Shown piece after piece: positions 48,483 to 56,866 of a stretch of DNA of 64,000 bases. The position numbers and the translations under genes were made by a program. Source of the DNA: a virus; the IMG/VR virus record IMGVR_UViG_3300044617_002200, positions 19,406-83,405 of that record; one strand, given 5' to 3'. How positions within the stretch are numbered: the stretch's first letter is position 1; every line of letters starts with the position of its first letter. The notes under the pieces were generated by a model that saw only the letters and a program-made list of their open reading frames with translations, was not told the DNA's origin and did not search any database.

Positions 48483-48949
48483 TATGATCGCCACTATAAT
48501 CTTCGCATTACTAATGCTTTTACTCTTCAGATTGTTAGATTCTAACTACTAAAAACATGGATAACATCATAAAAACTATAGCCTTCTGCGTGTTTGGGTA
48601 TGCGATGGTAAGCCTCTTCTTTGAGCTTGCCGATTACATAGGCAGGCACGGGCTGTAGGTTGGCACGATTCTTGCTAGCAAAAATAACTCAAATAAGTTA
48701 CTATAAACCAATGACTTGCAGAGGGCCGCCCCCCGCGCAGTCGTAAGTCTTTGAGAATAAGTTGTTTATACTTGGCACGCTTCTTGCTGTGGTAGGTGGA
48801 AGTGTTAGCAGAAACCATGCCAACCATATCCGATATGGCAACCATACAGCGTATGGCATTACTACCTTGGCACGCTTCTTGCTTCAAAAAAATGCAATCA
48901 CACAAAAAAATTTGTTGCGTTCGCGGTGCTTCCGTGGTAGTCTATAAAC

Positions 48950-49180
48950 ATGAAAGTGAAAAACACAAAGACCACCGAACTGAAACCCTTCGTCCTCCGC
49001 GCTCAATTCGGGCTGATGCCAGTTGCCATGAAGCGGGTTTACTTGCCTTGCTACCGCAAGGCGACACGCAATCACCCGCAATGGGACGCCGCCGTTGCGG
49101 CCAGCATCTCCGCTCTTGCCGAAGACCTCGGCTTGTCAGCTTCCTTCCGTCCTGCTTTCTATCAAATCAACTCCCTCTAA
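48950..49180 (+). CDS. Small hypothetical protein
   Basis: ATG 6 nt after the TAGTCT -10 box. Confidence 0.7.
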   Translation: MKVKNTKTTELKPFVLRAQFGLMPVAMKRVYLPCYRKATRNHPQWDAAVAASISALAEDLGLSASFRPAFYQINSL

Positions 49181-49184
49181 TATA

Positions 49185-49382
49185 ATGAAATACAACCTCG
49201 ACTTCAACGAAAAAATTGCATTGCAAGTCTCTCTTATCCGTCAAGTTAGGGAGCTTAATTCTCTCCGCAATACTTGGGTTGTTAGCTCTCGCGCCAGCAT
49301 TCGCGCTGATCTTCGCCGGACAATCTCGATCCTTCGCAAAGTTCAGAAATCTGTAAATGTGCAACTCGAAACTGTTGAATAA
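49185..49382 (+). CDS. Small hypothetical protein, family C
   Basis: MKYNLDFNEKIALQVSLIRQVRE... Confidence 0.6.
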   Translation: MKYNLDFNEKIALQVSLIRQVRELNSLRNTWVVSSRASIRADLRRTISILRKVQKSVNVQLETVE

Positions 49383-49385
49383 CTT

Positions 49386-49556
49386 ATGAACATAACACAA
49401 AAAGAAAAACTGATGCGTAAACTTCATGAAAGCGCGCAATGTTTTGCAAACAAAGCACATAAAGCAGATAGAAATGGTAAAATGGTATCTTCTTTTATAA
49501 ATCTCAATCTTTATAATCTGTGCTATAATCTTAGAGACATAATCCGTTCAAAATAA
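49386..49556 (+). CDS. Small hypothetical protein, paralog family D
   Basis: MNITQKEKLMRKLHESAQCFANKAHKADRNG...FINLNLYNLCYNLRD; paralog of 51231-51386. Confidence 0.75.
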   Translation: MNITQKEKLMRKLHESAQCFANKAHKADRNGKMVSSFINLNLYNLCYNLRDIIRSK

Positions 49557-49569
49557 ACAATATAAAAAT

Positions 49570-49779
49570 ATGACAAAAATACTAAAAGCAATAGTGCCGG
49601 CAACAAAAAACCAAGGAAGTTGTTGCATTCTAGGAACTTGTAGTTTTTTTGAAACATACAAGCAAAATGTCCTGTGGCAATATAACAAGATGAGAGAACA
49701 TGATGGTTTTCCGCCTGTAATGAGGATGCCGTCTGGGACAAAATACGCATACAAACCATACTTGGGGGTAATTGTATAA
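49570..49779 (+). CDS. Small hypothetical protein
   Basis: 69 aa ORF (LWQYNKMREHDG). Confidence 0.55.
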   Translation: MTKILKAIVPATKNQGSCCILGTCSFFETYKQNVLWQYNKMREHDGFPPVMRMPSGTKYAYKPYLGVIV

Positions 49780-50063
49780 TGATTTTTGTAATTGCTTCTA
49801 TCGTAGGTGTTTACCTAATGAGTAAATGAACATAAACCCCTCTACAACAACAACTTGCAGAGGGCCGCCCCCCGCGCGATTACAAGTCATTAAAAATAAA
49901 CAACTTATAAAAAATCTGATAGCAGGATTCATGCCAGAGTTGTTGCCATACTAAGTATGTATTGCCATACTCGATATGGTTGGCACGAAAACTGCTTCAA
50001 AAAAAATGCAGCCGGATAAAAATAATTGTTGTGTTTCCGATCATCCCGTGATACCTTTTAACC

Positions 50064-50363
50064 ATGAACAACACGAACACCGAAGCCAGCAACGAAATCC
50101 TCGACTCCGAAATCTCCGCTCTCGCCGCTCATGCACCACAAGAGCAACCTTTCCCCAATGACGACGATTATAGCGACGATTCCTATGGGGTCACTCGCGA
50201 CGACGACACAACTGATGGCGACGATTGTTCGGAGTTCGACGGGGAACCCGAACCACGCGAAGATCACTTCCGCGACGATGTGGACGCTGACGCCGACACT
50301 CTCGCGAGTGCTGGCTACGGCACGGACGAGGACTACGGATACTTCGGGGGCGAAGATTACTAA
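50064..50363 (+). CDS. Highly acidic small protein
   Basis: 99 aa, D/E-rich, ends ASAGYGTDEDYGYFGGEDY; leaderless start. Confidence 0.75.
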   Translation: MNNTNTEASNEILDSEISALAAHAPQEQPFPNDDDYSDDSYGVTRDDDTTDGDDCSEFDGEPEPREDHFRDDVDADADTLASAGYGTDEDYGYFGGEDY

Positions 50364-50405
50364 TCAACTAACTCACTCAACATCAACCAATAACTAATAA
50401 AATAT

Positions 50406-50648
50406 ATGTATTCACCTCATACTGAACACGATCAAGTTTGGGACAAATGGAACAACGAATGGGCGTATGTCAGCCACTTCGAGCTTGAGAAACGCCAAAA
50501 TCGTTTCCGCTTTGTTTACCACGGCGACACTTTCACAAGTTCCAAGACTGGAAAGGTTTGGCAATACTACAAGAAGGGCGACGAACTTGGAGTCCGTCCT
50601 TACAAACCCGCCTCTTCAACCCCTTCTCTTGCAACTACTAATGCTTAA
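50406..50648 (+). CDS. Small hypothetical protein, paralog family B
   Basis: MYSPHTEHD...GDTFTSSKTGKVWQYY. Confidence 0.85.
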   Translation: MYSPHTEHDQVWDKWNNEWAYVSHFELEKRQNRFRFVYHGDTFTSSKTGKVWQYYKKGDELGVRPYKPASSTPSLATTNA

Positions 50649-51029
50649 TAATATGAAAACAAAACTAATCCATCTACTGTTTGGATCTCCCGAAATTGTT
50701 GGCACGCTTCTTGCTTGCAACATTGCATGGTTCACGCAATCAACTTGGCTGCAACGGCTTGAGCGCAATGGCGAACTCTACAGATACCTTATGAAGTAAA
50801 TCTTTAATATTCAATAACTTACGCAAGCGCGCCCCCCCGTCAGTTGCAAGTCATTGAAAACAAAACACTTGACCATCCAAATTGCTAGCAGGATTCATGC
50901 CAAGAATCAAGCCATACGCTATATGGCAAGCCATACTTGGTATGGTTGGCACACTTTTTGCTTCAAAAAAAATTCAACCGCATGAAAATAATCGTTGCTT
51001 TTCTGTGAGTCCCGTGATACCTTTACAGC

Positions 51030-51185
51030 ATGAAAGTTGAAATGATTGAACGCTACGCTGAAGCCTTCCGCAAGTTTGAAGCGGGTGAAATCACCCTCCA
51101 GCAATGGACTGATCTTTGTCTTTTGGTTCTTGAGGAAATTATGAACGAGCACAAGGAAATGTTTGTTCGGTTGAAAAACCGCTAA
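51030..51185 (+). CDS. Small hypothetical protein (51 aa)
   Basis: MKVEMIERYAEAFRKFEAGEITLQQWTDLC...; leaderless start. Confidence 0.7.
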   Translation: MKVEMIERYAEAFRKFEAGEITLQQWTDLCLLVLEEIMNEHKEMFVRLKNR

Positions 51186-51230
51186 AATTCTCTGGACACA
51201 TAACAAAAAACCAATTAAATTCTAACCACC

Positions 51231-51386
51231 ATGAAAAACAAACTGCTCCTCGCCCTTCATCAAAACGCTCAACGCTTCATCAACCGCTCTCATCTCGCTG
51301 ATCGCCGTGGGAACCAAGTCTGCGCGTTTATCAACTTTCACCTCTACAATCTTTGCTACAATCTCCGCAATGCAATCCGCAACTAA
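51231..51386 (+). CDS. Small hypothetical protein, paralog family D
   Basis: MKNKLLLALHQNAQRFINRSHLADRRG...FINFHLYNLCYNLRN. Confidence 0.75.
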   Translation: MKNKLLLALHQNAQRFINRSHLADRRGNQVCAFINFHLYNLCYNLRNAIRN

Positions 51387-51393
51387 TAAAAAA

Positions 51394-51573
51394 ATGAAAA
51401 TATCTTTTGCACATCTTTTGACGGCTCTTTTTATCGGATTAAAACTCACGGGATACATCAACTGGTCGTGGGTTTGGGTTCTGTCTCCCATCTGGATCAC
51501 ATTGTTGTTTGCGCTTACTTTTATCGCCATAGGTGCGACGCTTGGCGTAATCATAAAAAAAAGGGAAAAATAG
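51394..51573 (+). CDS. Small phage membrane protein
   Basis: LFIGLKLTGYINWSWVWVLSPIWI motif, common in phage membrane proteins. Confidence 0.75.
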   Translation: MKISFAHLLTALFIGLKLTGYINWSWVWVLSPIWITLLFALTFIAIGATLGVIIKKREK

Positions 51574-51617
51574 TTCTTTACCCCCACTCTTAAAATTAGT
51601 AAAATAAAACTCACACC

Positions 51618-52112
51618 ATGAAGCTAACCACCAAAACCAAAGACCCGTTGAACTACATCGAAGCAAACTTGATCCTTCACAAGATCGGCAATCAGCTTCC
51701 ATACTTTTCCCTCACGGGGCGCATTGTTAAGCACGGACACGAGACTACAAGCGGAGCAATCCACAAAGAAATTCTTGAGGCATTCCCGCAACTCGAAGAT
51801 GCCGCCGCACTTCACCTTTCCGATATGAACGGCAAACCGATGCACTCTTTCGAGAATGGAAAGTATTGGGCTGGGTTTACAAAGTTGAACGAATGCAGTA
51901 GCAAAAACCTTGCAAGCCTTTGGAGAATTAGTCAAAATCGTGCGGCGGGTCTTACTCGTGACGCGCTCATGGCTCAACTCTGGCAGGATGGCGACAGCGA
52001 CACTTTGCCGGAAACTCTTCTCAAAGACTTTCACGATAGACAGTTGCGCCGTTGGAAGCAGGAAGCTGATAATGTCATCAAGAAGTATAATCTGGAAATT
52101 GTTCTTTCTTAA
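51618..52112 (+). CDS. Hypothetical protein
   Basis: 164 aa; PYFSLTG...SGAIHKEIL..FP.L...LHLSD.NG.PMH..ENG.YW; own promoter. Confidence 0.75.
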   Translation: MKLTTKTKDPLNYIEANLILHKIGNQLPYFSLTGRIVKHGHETTSGAIHKEILEAFPQLEDAAALHLSDMNGKPMHSFENGKYWAGFTKLNECSSKNLASLWRISQNRAAGLTRDALMAQLWQDGDSDTLPETLLKDFHDRQLRRWKQEADNVIKKYNLEIVLS

Positions 52113-52165
52113 TGAGTTCAATCGTCTATCAAATTATAGTAAGCAAAAAACAAAAACAAAACACC

Positions 52166-52429
52166 ATGAAAAAACTAATACAAAACATCAAACGCAAGGT
52201 CATTCTTATCTCATTCTGTATCAATTTGATGCTATGCTTTGCTTCATGTGCATACTTTAGCGCGGCAGAAACTAAAATGCGAGAAGTTCGTGATATTCAA
52301 CGAGATGCAAAAGAAGTTCTTGACACGCCTGATCTTACTGGTTGGAGCATTGATGAATTAGAGGATGCTGTCAATAAAGACATTAAAACTTTAGAAAAGG
52401 CGTATAAACAGAGAGGGGGAAAAATATGA
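52166..52429 (+). CDS. Hypothetical membrane-anchored protein
   Basis: MKKLIQ... with one TM segment. Confidence 0.55.
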   Translation: MKKLIQNIKRKVILISFCINLMLCFASCAYFSAAETKMREVRDIQRDAKEVLDTPDLTGWSIDELEDAVNKDIKTLEKAYKQRGGKI

Positions 52430-52726
52430 ATACTCGCTAACGCAAAGCTCTCGTAATCAATGGGTTGCGAGAGCGCGCCCCCCCCGCCCGACGCAACTCA
52501 TTGAAATACAATAACTTATGCAAAAGTTAAAGTTTTGAAATTAAAAAACTTATATCGCAAACCGCTTTCGTTCAATTATTTGCGGCTTTCAAGATTCTTA
52601 TTTGTCTATTTAGTATTTTACTATTTCACTATTTGTCGCTCGATTGGCACGGAACTTGCTTGCAAAAAAATAATTTTTTTGTAAAAAAACTTGTCCTCAC
52701 GAAAAAAAATGAGATAATAAAAAACG

Positions 52727-53401
52727 ATGAAACTCCTATCTGCTAACAACACCAAAATCAAAAAAGGCGAGAAACTTGGATGGCGCACTCTCGGGTTGTC
52801 GCTTGCTCCTGCTAATCTGTCCGGCAAACAACTTTGCCCTCATCGCTCTGCTGGCTGTGAAGCGGCTTGCCTCAATACTTCTGGAATGGGGGCTTTCTCG
52901 AATGTTCAAGAGGCACGAATTAAAAAAGCAAAACTGCTGATTGAAAACCGCGCTGTTTTTCTTGCTCAACTCGAAAAAGAGCTTGTCAATCTAAACAAAC
53001 GCGCTGGCAAAGGAAATCAAACCGCCGTGCGTCTTAATGTGCTTTCCGATCTTCCTTGGCATAATTTGATTGACATGGAAAAATTTCCAAACCTCAAATT
53101 TTATGATTACACGCCAAACCCTGCGCGAATGATTCAATTCCTGCGCGGGGAACTTCCTGCAAATTATCACTTGACATTTTCTCGCAAGGAAAGCAATCAA
53201 GCGCAAGTTCAACTAATCTCCAGCATGGGCGGCAATGTAGCCGTTGTTTTTGACAATCTCCCGGAAACCTATCTCGGCAAGCCTGTTATAGATGGAGATG
53301 AAACCGATTTGCGTTTTCTTGACCCTAAAAATGTAGTAATTGGCTTAAAAGCAAAGGGTAAAGCCAAAAAAGATTATTCTGGATTTGTTGTCAAAATCTG
53401 A
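52727..53401 (+). CDS. GP88-like Cys-cluster protein (radical-SAM-related)
   Basis: CPHRSAGCEAACL, VRLNVLSD, FYDYT, NYHLTFS, GDETDLRFLD, GLKAKG. Confidence 0.7.
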   Translation: MKLLSANNTKIKKGEKLGWRTLGLSLAPANLSGKQLCPHRSAGCEAACLNTSGMGAFSNVQEARIKKAKLLIENRAVFLAQLEKELVNLNKRAGKGNQTAVRLNVLSDLPWHNLIDMEKFPNLKFYDYTPNPARMIQFLRGELPANYHLTFSRKESNQAQVQLISSMGGNVAVVFDNLPETYLGKPVIDGDETDLRFLDPKNVVIGLKAKGKAKKDYSGFVVKI

Positions 53402-53765
53402 TACGATATGGCATGGAAACATGGATAACGCTTTTATGTATAGCATTGGTTTTCTTTGCTTTAATCAAATCAAAAAAATAATGCGATAAGAAAAAAATAG
53501 TTGGCACGATTCTTGCTTGTGTCTCGCGTTTAAGTAAACCACTAAACGCCAACGACTTGCGGCGGGCCGCCTCCCGCGCAAAAGCAAGTTCTTGAAAGAG
53601 AATGACTTATGTAAAATGCATTAGCAAGAACCATGCCAAGATTCAAACCATATCTAGTATGGCAAGCCATATTGAGTATGGTTGGCACGATACCTGCTAT
53701 AAAAAAAATTCAAAAATAAAAAAATAATTGTTGCGCTTCAACAAGGGCTGTGATAAATTTTAATC

Positions 53766-53957
53766 ATGCTGAACACAATGACTATTGAACTCGATGATTT
53801 CATCACTCATTCTCATTCAGACGAATTTTCTTCCGAATGGGAGGAACAACAAAAAATTCTGAAAGCCTGTGCCTATGAGGCATGGCTTGACGAACAAGAA
53901 AGAAAATACTGGGAAAATCTTTCGCTAAAAAGTGAAGGTTTCTCTTGCACACACTAA
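53766..53957 (+). CDS. Small acidic hypothetical protein
   Basis: Leaderless start after TAAATT. Confidence 0.65.
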   Translation: MLNTMTIELDDFITHSHSDEFSSEWEEQQKILKACAYEAWLDEQERKYWENLSLKSEGFSCTH

Positions 53958-53981
53958 AACAAAACACTAATATCACCACTT

Positions 53982-54527
53982 ATGAAAAAAGCCAACATCA
54001 TCATCAGCACATACGGAAACGGAATCGCGGTCGGACTCCAAGGAACTAAGGATCAGATCGAACAATCTTTCAACCGCTTTTTTAATTGGGGCGCGGCGGC
54101 TCCAAATATAACATTCATGCGCTCAAACGAGGATTGCGAAACCAATATCGGTGACATGGGCGATTCTTACTTGCATGAAATTTTCGATGGTTTTTGCTAC
54201 TTCCTTTCTACTGAACAAGATATGATCAAAGCTCTTGCAAGTGAATATCTTTTTAACTGGCAAGATACTTCTATATCAAAACAATACAAAGGCGTTCGCA
54301 ATAACAAAAAAATTGCTGGATTAAAATTCCGAGAAGATGCCCAAAATGCTGCTCGCGAAGAGTTTAACAGCTACACTAAAGAAAACTTTATGCTTTACAA
54401 TAAATCAGAGTCACCCCTTTTCAAAGTCTCTGATGGAGGCGCGCCTTCATATGACTCATCATCAATGACTTTTGGAGAAGTCGCAAGAACTTATGGATAC
54501 AAAAGCCGATTAGCTCCAGCAGTATAA
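53982..54527 (+). CDS. Hypothetical protein
   Basis: 181 aa ORF. Confidence 0.7.
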   Translation: MKKANIIISTYGNGIAVGLQGTKDQIEQSFNRFFNWGAAAPNITFMRSNEDCETNIGDMGDSYLHEIFDGFCYFLSTEQDMIKALASEYLFNWQDTSISKQYKGVRNNKKIAGLKFREDAQNAAREEFNSYTKENFMLYNKSESPLFKVSDGGAPSYDSSSMTFGEVARTYGYKSRLAPAV

Positions 54528-54898
54528 GCTGGCACGATAATTGCTAGGCTGGCGAGTGCGTAGCGCGGACCAGCCTGGCACGCTTTTTGCTTACAGTTTT
54601 TAAAGCAAATGATTGAATATCAATGACTTGCAAAAGTTGGGCCACCCCCGCGCACGCAACTCTTTGAAAGCAAACAAGTTATGACTTGAAATCACAAAAT
54701 GTGATTTTCACAATACTTTGGCGTTCATCTTGTTATACAACTGGTCGAAATTTGCGACCAGTTATACAAAACACATATTTGCTTATTATTAGATTCTTAT
54801 TTGGTCACGAATACGTTCCTATTTGATTTTAAATCTTTTAGCAATTCTAAAAACAATTGACATTTTATAAAAATTAATTTATATTAAACATATATTTG

Positions 54899-54973
54899 GG
54901 GTTGGTAGCTCAATGGTAGAGCAGTGCCCTTTTAAGGCATTGGTTCTGGGTTCGAGTCCCAGTCAACCCACCA
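54899..54973 (+). tRNA. tRNA-Lys(TTT)
   Basis: Cloverleaf; loop CTTTTAA; GGTTCGAGTCC; encoded CCA. Confidence 0.92.
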
Positions 54974-55066
54974 TAGCAAGATTCATGCCAATTTTTTTTT
55001 CATAAAAATTATTTTTTGAAAAAATCTATTGACTCGATATTCAAGATAGACTACTATGAGGTTGTC

Positions 55067-55315
55067 ATGAAAAACATCATCAATCAAATCAAACTCGCAG
55101 TTGCTGATTCCAAACTTGGTTCATTTATGAATCCCGTGTATGATCTGAAATACTGCCGAGAAGACGGAGTGGTCAAGAATTATTCTACCTCTCGTCCCTT
55201 TGACAAATTTAACGATGGTTTCGTAGCTTATTCTTTCGGAAACGGCATTCGACGCTTTCGTTTTGATCGAATCCTTGACCGCAGGGTGAGAACCTTGTTT
55301 GCAAAAAATGCTTGA
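55067..55315 (+). CDS. WYL-like small protein
   Basis: KY..EDG...VAYSF..GIRRFRFDRI motif; TTGACT-17-TACTAT promoter. Confidence 0.55.
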   Translation: MKNIINQIKLAVADSKLGSFMNPVYDLKYCREDGVVKNYSTSRPFDKFNDGFVAYSFGNGIRRFRFDRILDRRVRTLFAKNA

Positions 55316-55349
55316 CCTCGATTGAAAATTTGTGTAAAAAATAGTTTGT

Positions 55350-55486
55350 AGGAGCGGGTTGGTTCCCGATGAACCAATAGGCAGGTGTGTCACTTGCGAA
55401 ACAAAATCGGAAACCTTAAGTCTCTACCAAAGGTAGGAACTCCATAGAGGTTTGACCGCTGAACCAGCAATGCAAATCAGCGGTAA
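55350..55486 (+). ncRNA. Putative structured ncRNA
   Basis: Multiple hairpins (ttggttc/gaaccaa, gcaggtg/cacttgc, ctacc/ggtag, aaacct/aggttt, accgctga/tcagcggt) downstream of a TTGACC promoter. Confidence 0.45.
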
Positions 55487-55591
55487 TGATCTTTGAAAAT
55501 TTTAATATATGGTCGTCGGCTGAAGTGCAAGCGTCTGATTGGATCACCAGAGGGCACAATAATGCCGAGTTAACACGGCCACCTTTTAGTA

Positions 55592-55663
55592 TGCGATTTA
55601 GCTCAAATAGTAGAGTCCTGCATAGTAGGCAGGAGGCTATCGGTGCAATTCCGATAATCGCAG
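55592..55663 (+). tRNA. Atypical tRNA, apparent anticodon AGT (Thr)
   Basis: TGCGATT/AATCGCA acceptor stem, cctgc-ATAGTAG-gcagg, T-loop GTGCAAT. Confidence 0.55.
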
Positions 55664-55668
55664 AAAAG

Positions 55669-55742
55669 TAACTCGTGGTGTAACCGCAAGCATCCTGCGC
55701 ATGAACGCGGGGGTGAGGGTTAAAGTCCCTCCGAGTTATCCA
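55669..55742 (+). tRNA. tRNA-like RNA with non-canonical anticodon loop
   Basis: TAACTCG/CGAGTTA acceptor stem plus T-CCA; T arm gaggg-TTAAAGT-ccctc; loop CATGAA (6 nt) or 8 nt. Confidence 0.55.
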
Positions 55743-56010
55743 ATTTTAGCTTGCTAGGGGACAAGAGGCTCCATGCCTCGTCCTGTAAGTGCGTAGCGCG
55801 ACAAAGGCTTACCCTAGCGTGGCTAGTTTTTTTGGTAAATAGAGTAGTAATACCTATTCCGGTGCCTCGAAAGCGGGGCGGTGCTTAATAAGGTGTTTCG
55901 AGAATATACACAGCCGCCTACCATTCATTTTCATAGAAACTAAAAAATAGTTAAAAGAATACTTGATGTATAGTGTAATTTATAGGTATCGCAATTTGCG
56001 ATACCAAAAC

Positions 56011-56086
56011 TGCGATGGGCTAGGCCAGGTGGTCTGATGTGTCTCATAAGCACATAAACTGGGTTCGAGTCCCAGCGTCGCTACCA
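56011..56086 (+). tRNA. tRNA-Met/Ile2 (CAT)
   Basis: Loop CTCATAA, GGTTCGAGTCC, CCA; 1:72 mismatch. Confidence 0.8.
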
Positions 56087-56169
56087 ATTTGGGGTAAACA
56101 TTAAACCGAGCCGCGACCCAAATACAGGGTGTTTATTCCAGAAGCGTCGCGGGTAAACGCTTCTACTTT

Positions 56170-56241
56170 TGAAGTATAGCTCAATGGTAGAGCGGGGCGC
56201 TGTTAACGCCTAGGTTGTAGGTTCGAGTCCTACTACTTCAG
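56170..56241 (+). tRNA. tRNA-Asn(GTT)
   Basis: Cloverleaf, loop CTGTTAA. Confidence 0.9.
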
Positions 56242-56250
56242 TATTTATAT

Positions 56251-56323
56251 GTGGCTCGTGGTGTAGCGGCTAGCATTACTCACTGTGACTGAGTCGGGAC
56301 GGGTTCAAATCCCGTCGAGCCAA
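56251..56323 (+). tRNA. tRNA-His(GTG)
   Basis: actca-CTGTGAC-tgagt, GGTTCAAATCC, G at -1. Confidence 0.85.
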
Positions 56324-56326
56324 TAC

Positions 56327-56400
56327 GCGGAATTAGTTTAATGGTAGAACTGGACTCTTCCAAAGTCAGGACGAGGGTTCGATTCCCTCATTCCGCACCA
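56327..56400 (+). tRNA. tRNA-Gly(TCC)
   Basis: GCGGAAT/ATTCCGC acceptor stem, loop CTTCCAA, CCA. Confidence 0.9.
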
Positions 56401-56401
56401 T

Positions 56402-56474
56402 ACCGAGATAGCATAATTGGTAGTGCAACAGAATTTGGATCTGTCGGTTGATCGTTCGAGTCGATCTCTCGGTG
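56402..56474 (+). tRNA. tRNA-Gln(TTG)
   Basis: acaga-ATTTGGA-tctgt, GTTCGAG T-loop. Confidence 0.8.
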
Positions 56475-56486
56475 CTTTTAATTTTT

Positions 56487-56585
56487 GCCGGTGTAGCTCA
56501 GCGGTAGAGCAGCAACCCACTCATGGTGAAGGACCTAATGCCGTGGGATAAAAGCAAGCCGTTGGTTCGAATCCAACCACTGGTT
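56487..56585 (+). ncRNA. tRNA-like RNA with expanded anticodon domain
   Basis: Canonical acceptor stem, D arm (TAGCTCAGCGGTAGAGC) and T arm (GGTTCGAATCC), but about 25 extra nt in the anticodon region. Confidence 0.7.
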
Positions 56586-56866
56586 CTCTGTAAATCTTTA
56601 TTAATAAGAGAGATGCGAATGCAAGCCTGCCCGCCGCGCGCAAGTCTTTGAAAGAGAAGATCTTATCAAAATGGCTTGACAAAAAAATAAAAATTAATTA
56701 AAATTCGGCATGAAGATTAAAACTTTTTATCTTATTATTAGCACCCCGAAGGTTCAGAAAACCATGCCCAAGCCTTGTCGTCCTATTTCAAAAAAAGGTT
56801 ACTCTCGAAAAATAAAACACAAAAATCTTCTTGCATTGGACTAAAAAATCAGCTATCTTAATAAAG

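Larger units (their letters stand above)
47905..53681. promoter_or_regulatory. Five tandem pairs of palindromic operators CCATAY-N3-RTATGG
   Basis: 47905/47923, 48824/48842, 49946/49965, 50912/50931, 53648/53667. Confidence 0.8.
47111..53768 (+). promoter_or_regulatory. sigma70-type early promoters with extended -10 and ATG 6 nt after the -10 box
   Basis: TTGNNN-16/17-TANNNT at 47111, 47987, 48915, 50029, 50995, 53731, each with GTGN before the -10 and an A-tract upstream. Confidence 0.75.

Noticed and set aside
55366-55402. Hammerhead ribozyme (CCGATGA...CGAAAC)
   Set aside because: The core reads CCGA rather than CTGA and stem II does not close directly after the GA; the ttggttc/gaaccaa hairpin explains the sequence
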